DNA of 64,000 nucleotides from Haplodiscus bocki (Eukaryota): NCBI GenBank assembly GCA_965655095.1, contig OZ296658.1, positions 34,844,001 to 34,908,000 of the forward strand, read 5' to 3'. Shown piece by piece: positions 38,295 to 50,118 of this stretch (position 1 is its first letter; each line of letters starts with the position of its first letter). The notes under the pieces were generated by a model. It saw only the letters and a program-made list of their open reading frames with translations, ran no database searches and was not told where the DNA came from. The position numbers and the translations under genes were made by a program.

Positions 38295-38600
38295 AGTAGT
38301 AGAAGGGTGAGCAGACCAGGTGAGTGGAGGGGATGGAGGCCCCCAATGTTTTAAGATAGACCCGAGAGCCCAAAAATGAGAAGGGGCCTCCGTCCTAACC
38401 GAGAACTGTCGGGTCTCTTGGGGCTGTAATAATCGGCTTTGACTGGTTGACGAAATTTTAGTGTTTTTTGCGCTTGATCGGGATTGGCTACCGACAAGCT
38501 TTGATTCCGATCTAAGTTTATTCGGCAAGGTTTTAAGGTAAAGAGTGGAGTTGGGCAAGGTATTTAAAACTGCTGCAAGTTATGGCACTGTCTAAAGATA
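38295..38600 (+). repeat. Maverick terminal inverted repeat (single copy)
   Basis: Begins AGTAGTAGAAGGG, the 5'-AGTAGT type terminus of Mavericks, and lies just beyond the last gene. No partner TIR found. Confidence 0.65.
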
Positions 38601-38904
38601 AGGAGTTGGTTTTGGTGACTCATTTTTGGCACAATGAGACTTTACGAAAAAAAATATTGAACTTTTCTTGGGTGTGTCCATCGCCGGGCGGATGATTATT
38701 GTGGCGCAGGACCAATTACAGCGCCTGCTCGCTATTCAATAACCATGTGGTTTATTTTCACAAGTATTGATAGTGGTGTGACTTGATGCTATGCAAAATG
38801 GTTTCATTTAAACTTTGGAAAGTTTAATTAGATAGTACAAAGTTTAACAAAAAACAAAAACGTTGCACAACCTGCAAGTTTATAAGAAAAGGACAAAAAT
38901 GTTA

Positions 38905-39280
38905 CATCTGATTAGTTATAAGCAAGAGTACATCGTGAACTCCAGTAAATCCTTCTTCCTGGAACTCGAAGAGACGGAAAGCTGCATATCTCGTGTGTTA
39001 ACCGCAAACGATGGGAAGGGACTCTAGTGGGTCTGAAATCATCTGCCTGTAGTGTTGTTTGAAGAAACTGTACTTTACGCTTCCTAAAGAGCCTTCAAAG
39101 TACAGTTTGCGACAAGAGTTTGCAACCAATATCAAATGCTCACCCTGCGAAATGCTGGGATAAGTATTTGTAATCACAAAGTTGTCAAGTGCAAGAGTTG
39201 GATCATAGTGAGAAGGGAATGAATCAGTTTATCGATACTTGTGAAGTAGATTGTGATTGATCTTTTTCTGGATATAAACC
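38905..39280 (-). pseudogene. Adenain-like cysteine protease remnant
   Basis: Minus strand reads ITNTYPSISQGEHLILVANSCRKLYFEGSLG and PIVCG, matching the GxHW...YFDSxG...CG pattern of Polinton/adenoviral proteases. Confidence 0.75.
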
Positions 39281-39284
39281 TCAT

Positions 39285-40660
39285 ATTTTTTAGATTTTTG
39301 TTCGATCAACGCCCAAATTGATTACTACAATTGATAGCATTCGTTCTGCCAATACAATAAGTTCGGTATTGAGATCTAGAGGAAAATTATACGTAACTCC
39401 AGTCTCAGTGGTTCTCCAACTAAATGTAGGTATTGACATTTTTCATTACCATCTTGAATTGAGATCAAATCAAGCCACAATGGATGATGGTCTTTGAATT
39501 TATCATTGTAAGCTGAGGGGACATCATTTTGAAAAATCATTGCTTTCATTGTGACAATTCAGCAACAATTATCAGCAGCATCAATTTCCGCAATTGGCTG
39601 ATCGCCTCCGATTATTCTAATTTGTCTGAGACGAAACTGTTGATAGCCCAAAGGAGTATCAGTGCAAGATCCAGTGCATGAACTGTTTGTTTCCTTTAAA
39701 ACAGCAACCCGACCAACTGGAGCCATGTTTAAAATGGTTTTTTGATTGAACGAAGATTATCCGGCAGGAATGATGATAGTCGTTGCTAGAGTTCCCGAGT
39801 AGTTGAATTCCACAGGAGTATATGCAAGCATGTCCATTCTTTTTTTTCGTGATAATCAACCATGAGGGCAATACGACGAATATAGAGCGAGCAATCAACA
39901 ATTCCGACACTAACATGGGGGTTGTCGCCAATCATGTGAAAAATAGGCCTGGATATGGTTTGTTGTACCCTAAATTTCTTTTTTGATGTAGCAATTCGAA
40001 TGTGCGGAAAAAGTCAACTCCTACTCTACCATTCATCTTGAAGCCGTCAGGTCTACTTTGAATTTTCTTCCTTCTAGTAGAAACGCGTTCAGACAGGGTT
40101 CCGTATATCTTCTCATCAGAAGCTTCTCCATAGTCATGCCGCCCGTTTCCATTGTTCCCTTGTACTCACAAATGGCTTTCGTGAAAGTTTTGGAATTGTA
40201 AGACTTGTGTGCGTAGAGTCCCTTTGAAAAGTAAGTTTGCTGATTGATGATATACATCTTAACATTGAAAAAAATTGAAAGCAAAATGTTGATTACGTGA
40301 GAAACGAGATGAGCTGCGCATATTCTTCAATACCCTAATCGATTGCTAGAGCCTATTTTGTTTCTTCCATGTGGTCTTCCTTAACTTACTTGAACGTGTG
40401 AGTTTCGCAACAACAACTTTTGACCGTTTTTAGTTTCAAAGCTAAGAAAGTCTGTCTCAAATCAACGTAATACTTCTGATTCGTTCAATTGTCAATTTTT
40501 ATGCTATTTTCGTCAACTGATGAAATAAAAACAACCTTTCCTTCATGGGACGATTCGAAATCCTCAACTACTGGTACCTATCCTCAAATTTACCAGAAAA
40601 TGCAGCAAAAGTTGGTACCGAGGAAAACTTTGCGGTAACATGATCGAGGAAAACTATTTG
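39285..40660 (-). pseudogene. Major capsid protein (double jelly-roll, hexon-like) remnant
   Basis: ORF 40033-40284 (LSIFFNVKMYIINQQTYFSKGLYAHKSY) resembles the LHSIFSNVEVYINN motif of Maverick major capsid proteins; position and size fit. Confidence 0.75.
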
Positions 40661-40684
40661 TGAAATTTTTCTCAAGGCAACTGA

Positions 40685-41000
40685 TTGACCTATTTGCTAG
40701 TTTTTGCTGAAAAGACTTTCCTCTTCTGACTACCACTACGTAGTTGTAAATTCAAGGCTACGTTCCCTGTTTTGTGAAGTTGTCTGCAATATTGTACTAC
40801 TATCAACTTCTGCAACTTGTAACACGGCAAATTCCAACAACTCTGAAATGGCAGGTTTTGCAGTTGGGACGACTTGTTCACGCAAAAAGAGAGTCGCTGT
40901 TCTCCGACAAAGTTGTGCGACTGCAATGAACCCACGCTGTCGAACAATCCCTCTACGGAATGGAATCCCTATTTGTCTAGAAGCACCTATCTTGTAGTGT
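40685..41000 (-). pseudogene. Small basic core (pVII-like) protein remnant
   Basis: Minus strand reads GIPFRRGIVRQRGFIAVAQLCRRTATLFLREQVVPTAK, like the YRG..RQRGxGFG-type core proteins found between penton and hexon genes. Confidence 0.6.
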
Positions 41001-41009
41001 AATTTTCGT

Positions 41010-41760
41010 TCGAAAGGATGCTGGAGGTTTTTCTAAACTCAAATAAAGTCCAGTGATAGCAACAGAGACAAACTTTTCTTCACCGCTTGTGTCTTTGAAA
41101 TCAGTTTGAATGCGATAGGGGAACAAAAAATTGAGCAGAGGTCTTCATTGTAGGGGACTATGTATCTGATGGTTCAATTAATGTCCTGTGGTTGTAGTTT
41201 CACCAGCTTTTAATTTCAAAATGAAGGAGCAACAACGCAGCAAGGAAGTGTTTTTGTCGCCAACAGCATTGTGCTCAGTCCGTTCTGTGTTTATCAGGAG
41301 AGCTTTCAGGCGGAAAATGTCGTGAGCTGAATCTGTATTTTTTCTCTCAACAGTACTACACATTCATTTTCAACATTGCTTCCAGAAAAGCGTCCAGATC
41401 ATAGGCTTGAAAGGTGAATATCAGTTTTCTAGACACATTGACTGTGATAGAACTTCTTCGTTGATTATGTTCTTTTGAATGAGCGTGTTCTTGGCTTCAA
41501 TAACTGCAGTAAGAGAGGGTTAGAGGCAGAGTTCCATATATAACACTCAGATGAATTTCACTGACTTTTCGAAAGATAACGTAAATTTCCCCTCTGTAAC
41601 GTTTTGGTATTTTGATGGGTGAGATGTTTCCCAAAATGCAACACTTCTTTCCTTTCCAGGTTTAGTTGCCTCAGCAGAAGTTTCTAACGAAGCGTATTGT
41701 CAGGAATCAGCTGAACAGATGAATTAATGACAAACTCTACTCTAAACTTTTTGAGTGTTA
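41010..41760 (-). pseudogene. Minor capsid (penton-like) protein remnant
   Basis: ORF 41178-41363 (LLINTERTEHNAVGDKNTSLLRC) resembles the IYTDLIE..IVGD.KAPLLR motif; further on it reads IAFKLISKTQAVKK. Confidence 0.7.
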
Positions 41761-41769
41761 ATTGATTTT

Positions 41770-42650
41770 AATCAACTCTTTTCGATCAATATAACTACGT
41801 ATAATATCTTTTCTTCAACTTTTGTTGTGTATGTTGATGGTCATATGCGAGCAAACGCAACAGTTCCAAAAACTTTTCGTGTAAAATGTGGTTTGTAACC
41901 ATTCCTCAAAAAAATCATCTTAGGAAAATGCTAACTTTGTCTCCAAATCAAGGCTTGGGTTTTCAATATTCTCAAAGTAGTGTCCCTTAATAACCGTTTT
42001 TTTTATAAAAAGGAAAAAACATTGGGATTACTGACACTCTTTGGATTCAAATCCACTAAGAAATTCCCCCTAAAAGTTGATGTTCTGTCAACTTGTGCTA
42101 GTATATGGCAGCACCTGTAACCATAGTCATCCACGTAACGATAAAGGATCATCTCCAATGATCATAACGTACATTCAGCAAAGACATCTTTAATCTATAC
42201 CCTTGTGGAGTAAATTTTTCTTCCCTCAGCTTTGCAAAGTTTTTCAGACATCTCCGCAAAAACTTTACTCTTGTGGACCCAAAACGTCCGGGGTCCAATG
42301 CTTTTTGTATTTTCAGTTGAAAAGGTTGGAACATTTGCCTTGGAATCCTTCATAACCCTCGCATCTACTGTTTGACGCAACAAGTTTCTACAAACAAGCA
42401 GACATTTTACGCCATTGCTTTTCACCAGTTGATCAACAGAAGGATGCTCTATTCGCCAAACTTCATTTTTGAATCTAGTGAATGCAATCATTTTTTTGAA
42501 TTCACGTTTGGCCTGGGTATAGTTCGTATAAGAGGCCTTTGAATTCAAAATTTGTCTAACCTTTGACACTGCTACATTGTTAGTTTTCAAAAAATTGCCC
42601 ACAGACCCATGAGCGGCGCTACCACGTGTTTAAACCCTGTGCCACTTGTC
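41770..42650 (-). pseudogene. Retroviral-like (rve) integrase of Maverick type, remnant
   Basis: ORF 42195-42602 reads VSKVRQILNSKASYT...FKNEVWRI...NGVKCLLVCRNLL...GPRTFWVHKSKVFAEMSEKLCKAEGRKIYST; the catalytic aspartates are degenerate. Confidence 0.85.
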
Positions 42651-42659
42651 CCTGTCTAA

Positions 42660-43055
42660 ATTTCAAAGAGAGCCAGCTGCGTCTCTTTCTGACTTTGACA
42701 TTTTGATTCAGAATCAGAGTTGGAGATATACGAGCAGTCTCAACTAAACTAAAGCAGATGTCCTGAACGTGTGTTGAGGATATTGTTGACTGTTGTGTGA
42801 CAGTAAAACACCAGGATCCACACTATCAAAAATTAAAGATTAGGGTTTTGAAAAAGTAAGACAAGGAGGAGACAAATTTATCTCTTTTTCGAATGCAGCT
42901 TTGCAATTTTTCGTTTTCTTCCCTTCTGAGCGACACAAACTGCAACGTTCGATTTTGTTCAGTTTGATATTTTGGACGTTCCTACTTCATAGTTGTTTGC
43001 ATTGTCAACTCTTGTTGTACACACAGGTGAGAACGAGAACAAACTGCTTCATATG
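42660..43055 (-). pseudogene. Small ORF remnant upstream of the integrase
   Basis: Minus strand starts MKQFVLVLTCVYNKS and ends ILNQNVKVRKRRSWLSLK; interrupted. Confidence 0.45.
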
Positions 43056-43069
43056 AAGACAAATAGATA

Positions 43070-43990
43070 ATAACGGGAAGGGTAATGACTTTTAAGTGCT
43101 GAAATTTTTTTAAGGACTGATATTTTCATTTCTGCTTTCCGAATGATAATTTTAGAAAGAACAATCTCACTTGCTTTTGAAAATTTGCTGTTGTCCGCTT
43201 ATGCTTTGCTCATCTCGGAGCGGTTTTTTTTTCAGTGGAATCGAAACCAGATAAATTCTTTTGGATATGACTGGAGGCGATGATTTTTGCACATGAGGGA
43301 AGACGATTGCAACATCTGGAGGTTCTCATTTGCTGTACTCATCGTCCAAAGATTTTAACTGGTTCAATCGGTCGAAGTTATGACAATTTGAAAGAATGAA
43401 TCCGCTATTTTTGCGGTAATGTAGTAAGTCGTCTCCTCGTGACGGCATCTCAGTCTCCAAATAAGTGTTGGGATGAGACGCTATAAGTCGACAGCACTGA
43501 ACTAGTTCTCATTCAAACTCACAATTTGCCCAAAAGACTTGCATTGTGTCAGACGGAGATCTGAATTGGGCAATGTGTGTGATTTGGAGCTCAACGTCCC
43601 TACTTAATTTTATTTGCTCAAAGAAATTGTGTTCAATGTAAGTAGCTCTCTCTCGTAATGTATTCTTGCAGTCACAAAAAAATAAAAACTTTTGAATTGC
43701 AAATTGGTCATCTGAAACGTCAAGGAGTAAGAAGTACTTTGCACCATTTTTTCAACGAATCAATAAATTCAAAATATACAGCCTGAACCGACTGAAATTT
43801 TTCGTATTTTTGTTGCAAAACATCGCAACAAGGGCAGGAAGTTTTGATGAAAAAAACGAAAGAGTGTGTCAATTTCTTGTTGAAATGTTCAAATTTTTCA
43901 TTCAGTCGTTAAATATTTCTGATTTTCCAGTTTCGGACGAATCAGCGGGGTTGGATTTTATCCTGCTGTTGTGCTTTAACTTTTCTCCCA
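43070..43990 (-). pseudogene. FtsK/A32-like packaging ATPase remnant
   Basis: Degenerate Walker A DSSETGKS at ~43945-43922 and Walker B-like KYFLLLD at ~43740, followed by GRDVELQ-like sequence at ~43600. Confidence 0.7.
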
Positions 43991-44889
43991 AACAGATTTT
44001 TTGTCAAGCAAGAAAAGACATTCACAGAACTGGATTAGGTCTGAAACTTCCCCGTCTTTCTGCAAAGATGGTTGTCGCCGAATGAATATTTGCCGAGTTT
44101 AAGATTATCGCCTTAATCCTTCGTCGAAATTGTAAACTCAAATTGTCATCATTGAATCTTGGGAATAATTGAATCAGTTCAAGGCAAAATAATTGACATG
44201 ACAAAATTAACAGCTTCGACTGCTGCAATGTCCAGTTATCCTACAAATTTTTGTTGCGTTCTGTACAGTGATTTGTAGTCTTGTTTACGGTTGGGTAACT
44301 TTAGCAAACCTAAATTTCTTCACCTGCTTTGGGAACTACGAGTTTAAGTTTTTGGTTTTTGCGGCAAACATGGTCATCCAAAATCTATATATCCTAATCG
44401 GTTAAGTTGCTCGGAAATTGACATTTTTTTGTCTTTTTTTTGCAAAATATTCAGCTTTTTAACCTTGGAAAAGAACGTTTAGAATTCAATCTACTTTCTG
44501 CTTCTGTAAGCAGTTCCATTCAATTTTCTTTTGCAGCAAAATGCTTGTTTTGTCGGTTTGTATTATTTTGATGACGGAAATTTGCCTAACCTCTCCCATC
44601 AACGATGACTCCCAAATTCAATATGCCTTTTTTCTGCAAGTTCAAGATCTTATAAACTGTTGAACAAACTGCTTCGAAAAAGTTGAAAATGAAAAACAGA
44701 AAGAGTTTTACGAACAGAGAGAAAAGTAGTCAACTCACTTGACTAAGCAGACATGAATGTGTCCCAGTCTAATTGTGTCGCAGTAGGCCAGTCCTCTCCC
44801 AGTTTATGACCGCACTGCTCCAGCAGCAAATTGTAGTCTAAATATCCTGGGTTAACACAAAATAAAGTTCAAATACCAGTCTCTATAGC

Positions 44890-47800
44890 TATTGTTCACC
44901 GAATGTAAAATTTTGTTCCATCTCACATCACATAAGCATACTATTCTGTCGTTCCAACAGTAACATGCACTTCGAAATAGGTTCAAACGAACAGTTATGT
45001 GTTTAGTTGACTGTTTCACTCCTAAGCAAATTGAGGAATGAATCTAGAAAGAAAATAACCAATCCTGATGAAATCACTTTCAAATTTGAATAGCTGTGTC
45101 CACTAGCAAAAACACAGCCTGAAAATTACATCATCTTAACTCTAGAGATATCTTCTTTTTGCTAAAAATTTTGGGTATTTTGGCGACTTCAGGTCAATTT
45201 TAATTTATCCTTCAAATTAAAAATGGTTCGGTAAGGTACACCACAAAATTCAAATTGTCTGAAGTACATCTTGAAGTTTACAAATACTTATCTCTGAACT
45301 TTAGGCAAGAAGTTCTTTCTGGATCATTTTTCTCATGGTTTGGTGACTCTTTAGTTTCAAGTAGAGTCGGCGTGAGTTTTTGGGAGAAGTTTTTAGGGCT
45401 GTTAGTATAACATAAAAAATTGAGTGTTTCGGTTTTAGCTCTCGAAAATGGTTTCTGTTGCTGCCATTCTTCCAGTACATACTCACGCGAACCCAAAGTA
45501 AACTGATCAAGATTAAAAAGTTGCATTTGCTTAAACAAAACCAAGGAACTGAAGAGAATAGCAACAATTTCATTGTTTACAGGTTTCACTATACCGAGTA
45601 GGTTTTTAGATTCATCAAATTTGTATCTAACCTAGACAATTTGTTGATCTTTTTTACCATCTGAAATTCTGCTTATTAATCGAACTTGAGCATATGATAT
45701 GTCTTACTCGTACGCAACGCAGAGTGACAAAATGTTCTAGGTCGATGGTTCCATAACGTTAACCACTCTTTGAACCAGCTTGAGTTGTTCATCAAATCCT
45801 TGGGCATCGATGAGCTCTGCTTGGGGGACAAGTTTTCCCCGCTGCTTAAGCTTTCTACTGCAACAACTAACTGATTTCGTTGTCTGAAATCTCTGACGAA
45901 GCTTGTGTCTCATTTAGTAAGATTTGGAACCCGGCAAAAATCGGTGTTATCACATTTTTCGAAACATTTGAGTTTGATTTTTAGGAAATTGGACTCAATT
46001 TGTGTCAATAAATAGTCCCAAAACTGTCTTGGCATTTACGGAAGTACAATTAGGTGGTAAAAATATAGCTTGTCCAGCTCGGCAGACAAAAGAGTTGTAT
46101 GCCATGGGTATCAAGCATTTGATTAAAGAAGTAGCTGAAAGAAGCGAACTGTTGGTATAAAAAAAATTTGAAGTTTTAAAATAGCAAATTGTGCTTTCGT
46201 ACAATCTTTGCTAATTCATACCTACTTTAAAATGAAATTCATCCTCTATTGGTCATTGACGCACAGAATTGCCATTTTTGCAGATCTTTTCCGTTTTTGG
46301 TTAAGGACACAACTTATAAACTTATTTTGTTTCTCAGGTTCATTTGTTCAGAAAACTACTTTGACAATCAGGTGGCTGTTGTTTTGTAGCAAGTCAATCT
46401 GAAGTTGTACGCAGAAAAGAGCCTTCTCAGCTCTGCAATAAAAACATGCGAAAAAAATTATGAGTGAAGATTACTGTATTGCTCACCACGAATTGCTTTT
46501 CCCCAATTGCAGGTATCACAGTTTACTTTCTAGTGATATTGGAGAGTTGCAATGAATATTGGGCGCATTGTGCTACTTTCAAAAGCTCGTGTATTGCCTG
46601 TGAACACTCTCCATTTGTGGATTCACTCAGAGAATTGTTACAAAAGTAATTGACATTATGCGATTGGCAGTTTTTTTCAACAAACAAAACAGACAAAAAG
46701 GACTCAACGCCTGGCTTTGCAAAAGAAAGACCCTTGAAAAATAGTTTCAACAAGCATTTATTTAATTCATTCCAAAATACGAAATCGACTTGAGCCGGTT
46801 GCTCAGTGTTTGCAGAAAGAACTGAAAAAACGAAAAAATTGATTAGAAATGGGAACTGATTAATTTCATAGATTTTTCTTTAGATGGATATGGTTCTTAT
46901 TCCAGTTCTCATTCTTTTTAACTAATTTTTAAAACATATTTTTGTTAACCTACATTTTTGGTAGCACAAAGAGATCTGTTCAACTCATCTGACAGTGCAA
47001 AAATGAGTACCTATTCAATCAACGAGACTCTAGTGAACAGAATGAAATCGATTGTGAACAAAAAGTCACCAATCATTGAAAAAAGATGCCAGACGCTCAT
47101 TACAAAACTTTTTTCCGATTATTCCTTGTTGTTTTTGTTTGGAACTGAGACCACTACAGATATCGTTCCACACCCAACCCGAGTAACGTGAACGTTTTAT
47201 GTACCTGTCTTTGTCGTTCACAGCTGATCGAGTTTCTCTTGTTGCTCCAGGACACCAGTAAAAACATCGGATTTTAACTCTATTTTCACAAGCCTCTTAT
47301 CATTTTGAGACTGATATGTCTTGAGAAACACTGTTGATTTGAAAGAATTGATGCTCTACGGGGTCTTGTCAAGAGTATCTGTTAAAGTTGGTCTCTGGTT
47401 AAAAATTTTTTTTTCGAATAGGTTATTGGAATTGTTGTGTATTGCAACTTCAGGTTGTGCTTCTGCTGGAGAACTTCGAAACAAACATTGTCTAGGTTTG
47501 GCGATCTGTACAACAAGTTGAAGCTGATGTTGTAAGCAAAATTTATCATTCATTGAGATCCCGGAAAGCAGGTCGAAATTCAGACTCTGAATTACAGAAT
47601 CTATTTTGCGCCAGATGTAGGAACGAAAAATTTACATTGAGTCAGGTTTGGATTACAATCTTTTACAGCTCGCAAATTTCCGAAAAAGTTGAACAATGCG
47701 TCCTATTTTGAACTGATTGTTTTGAACGCGTGAGTTCTTGAATCAATACTTTTAATACGCGCCAAATTTTTAATCAATTTTCCTGCAACGCATCAGATTT

Positions 47801-48450
47801 TATATCAACAAGTCATATAAAAAAACAGAGCCCGAAAAAACTTGGTTTCAAGAAAACAACTTCGACTCATTCCTCTCAAACGACAAGTTTTTTGCATTTT
47901 TCCTGCTTTTTCAGAAAACGGGATTCTGATGCGCATCTTTTTTTGGAAAGAAAAGCATGTTTTGGCTCGGAGTTTTCACATTGAGTCAGATTGTCAGTTA
48001 AAAATTTTACAACGTGACAGATTTTGAACCTGAATGTTCGTGACCTCTCATGGGACATAGTAACATAGTTCCGCCACTGTTATTTTTCTCGGCGTTTTCC
48101 TCCATAAAACCATGAGCAACAACAACGTACAATTTGTTTGTCAAATAGGTAATAGCATCAGTCGTTTAAACAATAGTTCTTCTAAACAATCTCGCAGTGA
48201 CTCCTACATTTGGTCTCATTGGGATGTCCTTGTTTCTCTGCATGAACTTGATGAACGCTGATAATAGCTGCCACCAGTAACCTCAACGATAGAGAAACTA
48301 GAAAAGTCTGTGTCTCAGACAAATTTGATTACTTTACAGAAAGAGATGGATGAGAATAAACTTGTTCATTGATTTTTTGGATAAATCATTTGTACATAAC
48401 ACTTATTGAAAGAAAATTCCCTGACCATTTTTGGGAATACTTTTAATTCG
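44890..48450 (-). pseudogene. Protein-primed DNA polymerase B remnant of the Maverick
   Basis: Length and position fit. Decayed segments resemble pPolB N-terminal KDIPM and Cys/His regions (~48230, ~48030), the motif A region (~46100) and the C-terminal NFFP...HDKREPG region (ORF 45278-45589). Confidence 0.6.
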
Positions 48451-49369
48451 AGTTCCGTAAGGCGGAACGTTAAACTACGGATTGGGTCGGGTTGGCTTTT
48501 CAGAGATTGGAGTTGTAGATGGCGAGTTTTTTGTCTTCGGGATTGTGGAGTAAAAACGTGCTTTTAGCTGATCCCATTTAAAAATTGTTCAATGTGGACG
48601 ATGGAAAGTAGGTGCCTTTTCGGGAACAGAAACCCACGTCCCTTTCCAGCTCACATTTTTCCCAGTAAAACTCGGCATCATCCTGATCAGTCACGTCATA
48701 ACCGCTAGTATCCATTTCATGCGCCCCAGTTCCAGACAGAAACTCCTGCCTCATTTTCGTGTTGCTTGCTCATTGAGGGTGATTGGAATGCGAGCTCAGT
48801 GATTGTCCAGGAACTCTTGTCTCTGACATAGAAGCAAGTTCCAAGCAGCCAGGATGGACGGTTAGCGTTACAGAACCCGAACCAAAATCAAGAGTCAACT
48901 GTATGACACCGGTTGAGAATGCGAAAATGATTTTCCCTAACTGCAGGTTGAGGTTGTATTGAAAGGTTTAAAAACTCAGCTTTTGGCTCTTTTCGTCAGC
49001 CAATGGGAGCTTGACACAAATATGCTATTAAATGCAACATTTTTTTTGGCTCAAACTAACTAGAGATTGTGATTGCCGCAGAAATTTGTTCGATAAACGT
49101 TGTGATTTTCCTTCCTCATAGCTGCCATTCGTCTTTTTGGCATGACAAAGATTCTGTCACCACAAAATAGATGATTGATTGTCCAACTTTCATCCTCAAA
49201 ATGAAATTTGAAAACATGGCAGCACGTTTTGCATGGCAAAACTTCGTTACTTTTGGTGGTGCTTTTCGAGATGGTTGGATCATTTCTGCATTTTTGAAAT
49301 GACTACCGTGAACTTCATAATTTAGATGAATATTAGCTAACTCGTGCTGGCCGATTCTGGGACTAGGAA

Positions 49370-49690
49370 TTTGAATCAATTTGTGTCTAGGAGCAGATCT
49401 TCAACAATACGAAGACAATAACGTGAATAAGGAAACGTGTCCTCATATCAGTATCCATTTCCTCAAACCTTTCGGAGGAACCAATTTCCTTGGAAAATCT
49501 TATCTTCATCAACTAAATGATTACTTCATCGGAGTTTTCGAAAAATTAGCTTCCCAAAGGAAATTCGTAATGAAAATTTTGTTCATTGATATCGAGAGAT
49601 TAGGAAAGATTATTTTGGGCAGCATCTTGAAAAAAAAGGAAAAATATTTGACTGGAGTAAGTGAAAAACATCAGCTTGGATTTTAATGAG
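49370..49690 (+). pseudogene. Short pPolB exonuclease-domain fragment in the opposite orientation
   Basis: Begins at GAATTTGAATCAATTTGTGT (EFESICV); ORF 49381-49686 contains YFIGVFEKLASQRKFVMKILFIDIE...LGSILKK. Confidence 0.65.
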
Positions 49691-50118
49691 AGTAATAAAT
49701 TGCATCTACTCAGTACCAGCAATTAAAGAAGAACCAAGTAATTGACCTCTACAGGTCTTTGGAACGTTAATCTCAGATCGACGCAAAGTTTAACCCCGTG
49801 AATAAAAAACATAATATAGTATCTTGCACATTTTTTATAGTGTTGAGTTGCAGCTTGTTATGTTCGATTCTATGATCTCGCTTTAATCTCGGACCACATT
49901 AATTGACATGTGCGAAGTTGAATTCAAACCGGAACGGAACACTTCCGCAACTGAGTAATATCAAAATTTTAAAGCCAGAGATATGAAAATGAGACAGTGA
50001 AATAGTTTTTCCATGCAAACATAGCTATCACATGCCAATATTTACAGCACGTAAGTTACTAGCTAGTAAAGAAACCGAAGATTTACAATTGATTTGCCTT
50101 TCTAACAGCTTTAGAGAA

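Larger units (their letters stand above)
38295..49100 (-). mobile_element. Decayed endogenous Maverick/Polinton (adintovirus-type) element with one terminus retained
   Basis: AGTAGTAG start of a GC-richer terminal segment at 38295. Co-oriented remnants of pPolB, packaging ATPase, integrase, minor capsid, core protein, major capsid and cysteine protease. Right boundary approximate. Confidence 0.85.

Noticed and set aside
48700-49800. Second Maverick TIR
   Set aside because: No reverse complement of 38295-38600 and no ACTACT terminus were seen.
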